Of a DNA stretch of 55,716 nucleotides, positions 49,335 through 55,716 are shown in pieces. The stretch comes from an uncultured virus (IMG/VR IMGVR_UViG_3300046786_000447) (taxonomy: Duplodnaviria > Heunggongvirae > Uroviricota > Caudoviricetes): IMG/VR virus record IMGVR_UViG_3300046786_000447. One strand, given 5' to 3'. The position numbers and the translations under genes were made by a program. How positions within the stretch are numbered: position 1 is the first letter of the stretch; each line of letters starts with the position of its first letter. A model generated the notes under the pieces. That model was not told the origin of the DNA. It was given only the letters and a program-made list of their open reading frames with translations, and searched no databases.

Positions 49335-49862
49335 TCATACTATGCGAGTAAACCAACGTGGAGTTGTATATCTTATTCCTTCTGAAATAGGTCTAACACC
49401 ATGGATATAGTCTGGATTGTCTGGGAACATCAAAAGATCTCCAGGCTCTGGCTTATGGCTAATATCATATTCTGGGAAGTATATGTCTCCACCATTGTAA
49501 TCACTATTAATATAAATAAGGGTAGCAATATCATTTGGCTTACTTGCGTCATAATGTTCGTGCATACCCCAGCCTGATTCAAATCTAGCTATGTGAGACA
49601 TATGTGGCTCAAAATCTTTAAACTGTCCGCCATATGTTTCTACAACTAGATCATATACCTTTTTGCCCCATTCAGTGACTAAATTAGATACATGAAGAGT
49701 TTCTTGATTTTGATCTTTAAAAACATTTACCGTAAACTCTTTTTCGTTGTTTCCAAATTCAGTAAACTTATCATCATTTTTAATAGAGTAGTCAAGTATT
49801 ACATCTACTACATCCTTTGGCATAAAGCCTTTAATATAGTGAATCTTTGATGCATCTTTCAT
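49335..49862 (-). CDS. Prolyl-4-hydroxylase-like 2OG-Fe(II) oxygenase
   Basis: HEHYD...ATLIYINSDYNGGDIYFP...PGDLLMFP...HGVRPISEGIRYT; start reassigned to MKDASK. Confidence 0.9.
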   Translation of the reverse strand: MKDASKIHYIKGFMPKDVVDVILDYSIKNDDKFTEFGNNEKEFTVNVFKDQNQETLHVSNLVTEWGKKVYDLVVETYGGQFKDFEPHMSHIARFESGWGMHEHYDASKPNDIATLIYINSDYNGGDIYFPEYDISHKPEPGDLLMFPDNPDYIHGVRPISEGIRYTTPRWFTRIV

Positions 49863-50011
49863 GAGAATGTCGCTCCTTGGTGTTTTGGCACATTTGTTGC
49901 ACCACAATTATTGCAGGTAAGTTTTACTATTCCAGTTACTGGACAAGCTTCTCCCCTGACTACATCATGCGACCTTAGTTTACAAATGATCGCCTTTAAC
50001 CACTTCTTCAT
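49859..50011 (-). CDS. Small Cys/His protein (50 aa, not in ORF track)
   Basis: Manual translation MKKWLKAIICKLRSHDVVRGEACPVTGIVKLTCNNCGATNVPKHQGATFS; ATGA overlaps at both ends. Confidence 0.72.
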   Translation of the reverse strand: MKKWLKAIICKLRSHDVVRGEACPVTGIVKLTCNNCGATNVPKHQGATFS

Positions 50012-50667
50012 GCTAGCTTTACCCAATGGCTTCCAACAAACTTTTCTCCATTTACATCCTTTGGAGATATATCATACGCAATAGTAAGTCTCTTACCGTT
50101 CCATCCCCAATTTTCAATAGCGTGTGGATGTCCAGTTTCAGATACAATAAGTCTGTTATTTTTATTAATATTTTCAAATAGATTATTTTGGTCTCTACCA
50201 ATGTGATATAGAGTTGTTGATGGTTCAGCATTGACACAGAAATATCCATGAAATACTGGTGCACCAATACCCTTCATATGGTCATGGAACCACTCTGGGT
50301 GGTTTCTTGGGGACTCGCCACCATAGACACTATTCTCAAATGTATTAAACCATCCATTTATATAGTAGTCTTCAGACTCAAAGTCAATTCCGTAGTACTC
50401 ACAAGCCTCTTTAGTTGTTTCTAAAAGGGCACCATACAATTCCTTTAATGCTGGGTGATCCCATGTAAAAATATTATAGTAATCACCCAACATTGTAGTA
50501 AGAGCATCTCCACGATCTTTCTTAGCTTTAAAAATATCTTCAGGTGCACCAATTCCATTTGAATAGATAAAATCAGTCTTTTGCCATAGATATTCCGAAA
50601 GACTGTCTAAGTCAATAGACAGTGTTCTTTCAAAGAATTTATGTGGAGGTTTGCTCATACTAATCAT
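50008..50667 (-). CDS. Putative 2OG-Fe(II) oxygenase (HxH type, TIGR02466-like), paralog 2
   Basis: INGWFN...WFHDH...FHGYFCV...GHPHA...RLTIAYDI; start MISMSK by ATGA overlap. Confidence 0.75.
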   Translation of the reverse strand: MISMSKPPHKFFERTLSIDLDSLSEYLWQKTDFIYSNGIGAPEDIFKAKKDRGDALTTMLGDYYNIFTWDHPALKELYGALLETTKEACEYYGIDFESEDYYINGWFNTFENSVYGGESPRNHPEWFHDHMKGIGAPVFHGYFCVNAEPSTTLYHIGRDQNNLFENINKNNRLIVSETGHPHAIENWGWNGKRLTIAYDISPKDVNGEKFVGSHWVKLA

Positions 50668-51347
50668 GCCAAAGGAATCCAATGCTGCTCATGCTCGTAT
50701 CCTGCATTCTGTAGTGATGCAAGAGGAGTCACATCGTATGCAACTGTGATTCTTGGACCATCCCAGTCCCAACCACCCATTGCATGTGGATGACCCATTT
50801 CTGAAAGAATTGCACGATTATTCTTGTTTACGTTGATCTTATACTCATCATAAACTTGATAATGTGTTTCTGAAGGTTCTGCAATAACTGCGTAATAACC
50901 ATGGAAGTCTGGTGCTCCACGTCCTCCATGCTCATGCCACCCAAGCTTACCGCCCTTAGCATGATTAATGTTGAACCATCCCTGAATCATGAACTGTTCT
51001 TTTTCAAAGTCAAGGCCATAGTATTCACATGCTTCTCTTGTCATGTCTCCTACTGCCTTGTATAGATTATAGATTCCAGGAATGTGGAACTGAAAGACAT
51101 TGTATTGTCTCCACTTCATTGTAGAGATACTTCCAGAGTCCTTCCATGCCTCCATAGGACCAACTGGTGTAACACCATTGATCTTTGCTTGCTCAATTAG
51201 AGCATATCTATCTTGTAATTCTTTTGCCAAAACATCAAGGTCGTTGTCCAAAAATCGCTCAAAGAACTTGTGTGGTTGTGGTGATTGGCTGATGCTCTTC
51301 ATTGGTGCTTGACCAGGTCTAGATTGCATATCCATCTCATACTCCAT
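50664..51347 (-). CDS. Putative 2OG-Fe(II) oxygenase (HxH type, TIGR02466-like), paralog 1
   Basis: IQGWFN...GWHEH...FHGYYAV...GHPHA...RITVAYDV; true start may be 51335 (GGAG upstream). Confidence 0.75.
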   Translation of the reverse strand: MEYEMDMQSRPGQAPMKSISQSPQPHKFFERFLDNDLDVLAKELQDRYALIEQAKINGVTPVGPMEAWKDSGSISTMKWRQYNVFQFHIPGIYNLYKAVGDMTREACEYYGLDFEKEQFMIQGWFNINHAKGGKLGWHEHGGRGAPDFHGYYAVIAEPSETHYQVYDEYKINVNKNNRAILSEMGHPHAMGGWDWDGPRITVAYDVTPLASLQNAGYEHEQHWIPLA

Positions 51348-51364
51348 TCTACTAGGTTAATCCT

Positions 51365-51373
51365 AGTATACCA
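51365..51373 (-). promoter_or_regulatory. Extended -10 promoter for the oxygenase operon
   Basis: TGGTATACT two bases after the FN3 gene stop; overlaps inverted repeat ACTAGG-N5-CCTAGT (51351-51367). Confidence 0.55.
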
Positions 51374-51375
51374 GA

Positions 51376-51618
51376 TTATCTGAAGCTGAATACTTTGAAT
51401 GGAGCAAAGCTAAATACTGAGAAGAATCCAAATACCCCGAAGAAGCCAAATACGCCAAAGAAGCCAAAAACAGCAAATGGGGTAAAGTTAAAGACACCAA
51501 AAAAGTTAAACACAGCAAACGGCGTAAAGTTAAACACACCAAAGAAGTTAAACACAGAGAATGGTGTGAAGTTAAACACACCAAAGAAGTTAAACACTGA
51601 GAATGGGACAAACGAGAA
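51376..51618 (-). repeat. Coding tandem repeat of FxFxPFxV and FxFF(G/S)V units
   Basis: Last 80 codons; 14-aa unit FNFFGVFNFTPF(S/A)V x3 plus FGFF(G/S)V x3; synonymous codons vary between copies. Confidence 0.95.
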
Positions 51619-52215
51619 CGTAGTGATTGAGTTTGAAGCTGCACCTGCAGATGTACCATTGTCATTTACAGCTGTAATTGTATATGTTTGTGCTGTACCC
51701 TGCTCTTGAGTAACGTTAATTGAGGTAGAGGCTGTTGATCCAGACTTTCCGTCATCAGAAGACCAGTTATATCCAGTAATTGCCTTGCCACCATTTGATG
51801 CTGGGGCAGTCCAGGAAACTGTGTCATAATCTGCACCAGAAGGTGAAGATGCTGATGGAGATACAGGTGCTGATGGAACTGTAGTTACAGTAACTGAAGA
51901 TGATGCAGAGGATGCTACAGAGTTACCAGCAGCATTTGATGCAACGACTGTTGCTGTAACTGATGCTCCTGTAGCAATTCCTCCGACAACAATTGGAGAT
52001 GAAGATCCTGAACCAGTCTGTCCACTTGACAGCGTAACTGTGTAAGATGTAGCAGCTGGAGAATCAGCTGGTAGCCCAAATGTAACTGAAACTGCACCAT
52101 TATCGTATGCTCTATTAGTTCCAACATCAGATGCTGTTACGTTTATTGGTGCTTTTGGCTCCAAGAAGTCATTCGATGATTGCGAATGTCTACCTGCCTT
52201 CTTACCTGCTGCCAT
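51376..52215 (-). CDS. Two-FN3-domain protein with C-terminal Phe-rich repeat tail
   Basis: PKAPINVTAS...SYTVT...VASNAAGNS and PSAP...VSWTAPASNGGKAITGY...ITAVNDNGTS; GGGAGA RBS. Confidence 0.85.
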   Translation of the reverse strand: MAAGKKAGRHSQSSNDFLEPKAPINVTASDVGTNRAYDNGAVSVTFGLPADSPAATSYTVTLSSGQTGSGSSSPIVVGGIATGASVTATVVASNAAGNSVASSASSSVTVTTVPSAPVSPSASSPSGADYDTVSWTAPASNGGKAITGYNWSSDDGKSGSTASTSINVTQEQGTAQTYTITAVNDNGTSAGAASNSITTFSFVPFSVFNFFGVFNFTPFSVFNFFGVFNFTPFAVFNFFGVFNFTPFAVFGFFGVFGFFGVFGFFSVFSFAPFKVFSFR

Positions 52216-52245
52216 TTATATCTCCCGATTTTCTATGTTTTAAAA

Positions 52246-53904
52246 TTAAGCTATTAGGTCTCCGTAGACAACCCAAGTGTTTGCTGCTCTCTTCATAAGA
52301 GTTGCAGAAGACCACTGAGTTCTCAACTTTAGACCTGGTGTTGCGTTTACAGTAACTCCACCTGCACCTTCAATTGTTACCTGTCCACTAGAAGTCTGTA
52401 GGATATCAAGTGTGGTTCCAATTGGATAGTTGACTGTTGAGTCTGTTGGGATAGTTAGAGTTGTAGCAGAAGAGCTTCCAACTTCAATAAGAGTATCTCT
52501 TTCATTAAGGTTTGACAATGTGTATGACGCTGTCTTCTGAGAGATTGTAGTTATAGATGGAACACCCTGCTTTGTCTGGATTCCGTCTGAGAACTCTACC
52601 CCACCAAGCTTAAGTGTATCGAAATTAGCTGTAGCGAAGTCAACCTCAGAGTCAGTAGGCTCTGCACCATTAGAGATAAGCTTCCACTTACCATCAGATG
52701 CGTCACGAACAAGACCAGTGTGAGGGTGGTTTCCACCATTATTTCCAGATGTTCCATAAGCACCATAGATACCAATGTCAAGAACGTCAGCAGAATACTG
52801 GTTCTTAGCTAGGTAGATAAGAGAGTCTGTTACTGCAAGATTCTGAGAATTAACAGTTGTAGTTGTTCCAGTAACGTTTAGGTTACCTGTGATCTCAACA
52901 TCAGCAGCAGTTAGTGTTCCAGTAAATGTTGGGCTAGCTTTTGGAGCATAGATTGTAGCAGCTGAAGTAGCTGCAGCAGTCTGAGCATCTGAAGCCTTTC
53001 CATCTGCATATGTCTTTGTAGCAAGTGCTGAGGTATCAGCAATTCCATGAACATTTGTAGTATCATCTGAGTGTGTAGAAACAGCTGAATCTGCATATGT
53101 CTTAGTTGCTAGAGCTGAAGTGTCTGCAATACCGTGGACATTTGTAGAGTCTGATGCGTGTGTAGAAATCTGTGTATCTGTGTATGCATTTGCATTATCT
53201 TCAGCATTTCCTACAGCAGTTGAGATTTCACCAGTGATTGTTGTGTGAAGGTCAGAGTCTGCTTGTGTTGCAAAATTTTGTGCAGCTGTCTGAGCATTTG
53301 ATATATCCACTCCAAGATCTGAACGAATTCCTTCGTCAGCAGCAGTGACTGCATCTGTAGCAAAAGTTTGTGCCTCTGTTTTAGCTGTAGCAATTGCCTC
53401 GTTTCTCAAAACTACCTCAGCGTCTACTAGTTCACCAGCTGAAGTGGCTGACTCTGTAGTCGCTGCAGTAATTGCTTCTGTTTTAGCTGTAGCAATTGCC
53501 GAATCTCTAGCTGCCATTTCAGCTTCAATTGCATCTGCAATGGATGTCTGAACAATGCCACCAACATCTGTAATGCTGTCTGCAAGCTCTTTAAGTGTAT
53601 TAAGTGTACCTGGAGCTGAATCAATGACGTTTGTTAGTTGTGATAGTGGAATAGATGCACTACCATCAAGCGTAGCAACACCATTTGCAGCACCCTTCTC
53701 AGTTAAGAGGATATAATCATCTAGGCTTCCACCTAGGTCTTCAAGGTTCTTGAAGTATGAGATGTCATCCCACGCTGTGGTTCCATCACCAATCTTGAAC
53801 TGACCTGTATCGGTCTCAAATCCAATTTCACCTGCAGAGAGAATGGGGTTTGCAGCAGTCCATTGTGCTGCAGTACCTCTGCGTTGCTGCATTCTTGTTG
53901 CCAT
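52246..53904 (-). CDS. Tail fibre-like protein with Mtd_N/hyaluronidase-type N-terminal domain
   Basis: QRRGTAAQWTAANPILSAGEIGFETDTGQFKIGDGTTAW; APGTLNTLKELA; C-terminal LRTQWSSATLMKRAANTWVVYGDL. Confidence 0.8.
   Translation of the reverse strand: MATRMQQRRGTAAQWTAANPILSAGEIGFETDTGQFKIGDGTTAWDDISYFKNLEDLGGSLDDYILLTEKGAANGVATLDGSASIPLSQLTNVIDSAPGTLNTLKELADSITDVGGIVQTSIADAIEAEMAARDSAIATAKTEAITAATTESATSAGELVDAEVVLRNEAIATAKTEAQTFATDAVTAADEGIRSDLGVDISNAQTAAQNFATQADSDLHTTITGEISTAVGNAEDNANAYTDTQISTHASDSTNVHGIADTSALATKTYADSAVSTHSDDTTNVHGIADTSALATKTYADGKASDAQTAAATSAATIYAPKASPTFTGTLTAADVEITGNLNVTGTTTTVNSQNLAVTDSLIYLAKNQYSADVLDIGIYGAYGTSGNNGGNHPHTGLVRDASDGKWKLISNGAEPTDSEVDFATANFDTLKLGGVEFSDGIQTKQGVPSITTISQKTASYTLSNLNERDTLIEVGSSSATTLTIPTDSTVNYPIGTTLDILQTSSGQVTIEGAGGVTVNATPGLKLRTQWSSATLMKRAANTWVVYGDLIA
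53000..53166 (-). repeat. Tandem 87-bp (29-aa) duplication in the fibre shaft
   Basis: STHASDSTNVHGIADTSALATKTYADSAV / STHSDDTTNVHGIADTSALATKTYADG. Confidence 0.9.
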
Positions 53905-53960
53905 TGTTATAGTCTCCTCTTTCAGGACAGCTAGTCCTGTTTTCTATTATATCCTATGTT

Positions 53961-54422
53961 TTAGTTAAAAGTATCAGTTACTGATCCACCATCAAAGATG
54001 AGAGTGAACTCAGTAGATGATGGATCTCCACCATCGATACCACTAGACATAGGTGATTGTGGTATAGATCCGCCTTCACGGAAGGTAGTTGTAATAAGTC
54101 CAGTACCACCAATAGAAGTATCGTGAATGTGCTGGGCCAAAGTTAATGTGTCATCAATAGTTGCAATAGTTGTCCAACCAGTATCTTCGTGATAAATATT
54201 TACTCGTTTAGTTACTGTGTCATACCAGAATGCACCATTTGATGGTGATGAGGGAGCAGTAGAGGCAACAGCAGCTCCACCAGAGTTAGCATCAACGTAT
54301 GCCTTAGTAGCTACGTGAGTTGAATCTGTTGGGTCGCTAGCAACGATAGGGCCACCAAAGACTCCACCCTCTGCTACTTGAATTCCATGTTTTACCTTGA
54401 AATCCTTGTTTACTGTTGCCAT
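53961..54422 (-). CDS. Small tail-fibre-associated protein
   Basis: MATVNKDFKVKHGI, HVATKAYVD, GAFWYDT, repeated (D/E)GG motifs; AGGAG RBS. Confidence 0.65.
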   Translation of the reverse strand: MATVNKDFKVKHGIQVAEGGVFGGPIVASDPTDSTHVATKAYVDANSGGAAVASTAPSSPSNGAFWYDTVTKRVNIYHEDTGWTTIATIDDTLTLAQHIHDTSIGGTGLITTTFREGGSIPQSPMSSGIDGGDPSSTEFTLIFDGGSVTDTFN

Positions 54423-54439
54423 CTACTTACTCCTTTTAA

Positions 54440-55716
54440 TTACTTAATGATTGTTCCAAATACAGTTACAATAGAGTTGTTGTTGGCTGTAGTGACACGA
54501 AGTCTTACGTTACCGCCATTAACATCTGCTGTAATTGTTGATGCAGAACCGTTAGTTCCTACAACAGCATATTCTGTAATTGCAATGTTGTCTGCAGAGT
54601 CAAGAGTAATGATTACCTTTGATAGCTCTGTGTGTGAGCCATAAGCAACCTTAACTGTGTATTCTGCTGAACGGTATACAGCTGAGTCAAACTCGTGTGC
54701 TGTTACCTGGCTAGCTGTAGCAACTGTAGCCTGAGTAGCGACATTAGTAACAATGTTATTAAGGTCAATCTCAGTGAAGTTAGGAACTACCGCCTCAAGT
54801 GCTGATACTGCACGAGCATCTGTGAAGTATAGGTTGCTTGAACCTTCTGCAAGATCATCAGTATCAGAATCTGCAATACCATTTTCAGCAACAAAGTCAA
54901 ACTTCTGTGTACCAGTGTTGTAAGACACTGAAATGTTTGTCTGAGTTCCACCATTGATTGTTGCTGCAATAGCATCAATTGCACGAGCATCTGTGAAGTA
55001 TAGTCCTCCACCAGGTGTTCCTTCTGGAATATCTACAGTTGTAAGAGCACCAATTTCTGAGTCTGCGTAAGACTTAGCATTGTTCTCTGCTGTAGTTGCG
55101 TATCCTTGAGCATTTTGGTCAGCTTGTGCAAGTGCATCATTGTATGTGTCTGTTCCTACTGCATCTACATACTGCTTTGTTGCTGCTGCAAGAGCCTGTG
55201 TTGGATCTGCTGCAAGAACAAGCTCGCCAGTCATTGTGTCGCCAGACTTCTGAACCTTTTCTCCAATAGATGTTGTAAGGTTTGTGATTGTGTCTGGTGA
55301 ATCACCAAGTGCTGCAGCCAATTCATTGAGTGTATCAAGAAGTGCTGGTGCTGAATCAACAAGATTAGATACTGCAACATCAATTTCTGAACTTGTCTTG
55401 TATGCTGACCATGTATTGGTTGTAGTAGTTGAAGCATCATCAATTAGGCTATCTGCATATGACTTAGCATTGTTTTCTGCAGTTGTTGCAGCTCCATATG
55501 CATCATATGTTGTAGATAGGTTAAGATTTGTGATTGCATTGTCTGTGTATGTTGCTGCATTCTGTTCTGCTTGTGCTGCAGAGCCTGCTGCGTCATAGTT
55601 TACTGCAAGTCCATCAGCATACGCTTGAGTTGCTACTGCTTGACCCCAAATCTTTGTGGTGCCATCTGCGTTTAGATTGATATCTCCACTGCCAGTAGAA
55701 ATAGTTACATTCTGAT
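54440..55716 (-). CDS. Tail fibre-like protein, 5' end outside the window
   Basis: Frame is open from 55714 to the stop at 54440; APALLDTLNELAAAL, AATKQYVD, NLYFTDARA repeats. Confidence 0.75.
   Translation of the reverse strand, partial: QNVTISTGSGDINLNADGTTKIWGQAVATQAYADGLAVNYDAAGSAAQAEQNAATYTDNAITNLNLSTTYDAYGAATTAENNAKSYADSLIDDASTTTTNTWSAYKTSSEIDVAVSNLVDSAPALLDTLNELAAALGDSPDTITNLTTSIGEKVQKSGDTMTGELVLAADPTQALAAATKQYVDAVGTDTYNDALAQADQNAQGYATTAENNAKSYADSEIGALTTVDIPEGTPGGGLYFTDARAIDAIAATINGGTQTNISVSYNTGTQKFDFVAENGIADSDTDDLAEGSSNLYFTDARAVSALEAVVPNFTEIDLNNIVTNVATQATVATASQVTAHEFDSAVYRSAEYTVKVAYGSHTELSKVIITLDSADNIAITEYAVVGTNGSASTITADVNGGNVRLRVTTANNNSIVTVFGTIIK
54809..55003. repeat. 24-bp exact direct repeat (LYFTDARA) in the fibre gene
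   Basis: tgcacgagcatctgtgaagtatag at 54809-54832 and 54980-55003. Confidence 0.85.

Noticed and set aside
51376..51618. Possible CRISPR array or DGR variable region
   Set aside because: Repeats are in-frame and degenerate at third positions, with no unique spacers; no template repeat or reverse transcriptase in the window
51395..51709. Plus-strand ORF with NGVKLNTPKKLNT repeats
   Set aside because: Antisense shadow of the Phe-rich repeat; no RBS, and all credible genes are on the minus strand
52246..53904. Mtd-like N-terminus suggesting a diversity-generating retroelement
   Set aside because: Only the N-terminal anchor domain matches; no RT or adenine-variant repeat pair seen in the window
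1..55716. tRNA or other structured RNA genes; alternative genetic code
   Set aside because: Intergenic gaps are short and accounted for; long ORFs are intact in the standard code and all three stop codons are used

Overview
A 55.7-kb segment of a large, AT-rich tailed dsDNA phage (siphovirus architecture). Every credible gene is on the minus strand. In transcription order (right to left): tail-fibre/adhesin genes; a fibronectin-III protein ending in an 80-aa Phe-rich repeat; a coupled operon of 2OG-Fe(II) oxygenases; a large LamG-like virion protein; portal, protease, major capsid and neck genes; major tail protein, two paralogous tail chaperones, a 2563-aa tape measure and tail-tip genes. 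A replication block follows (DnaB, primase, SSB, DnaE, MazG-like, NrdH, RecA, resolvases, Cas4-like nuclease), then a second oxygenase cluster, the terminase, a secreted protein and a class II ribonucleotide reductase. This order resembles large actinophages of the Streptomyces BE/BK type; a low-GC freshwater actinobacterial host is an inference. The best candidate for a new system is the FN3/Phe-repeat protein with its adjacent oxygenase operon, a possible RiPP-like or virion-protein modification cassette. Other highlights are tail chaperones made by gene duplication rather than frameshifting, a putative cobalamin-binding secreted protein accompanying B12-dependent NrdJ, seven 2OG-Fe(II) oxygenases in total, and two classes of promoter. 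All family assignments come from motif recognition by eye; no searches were run.
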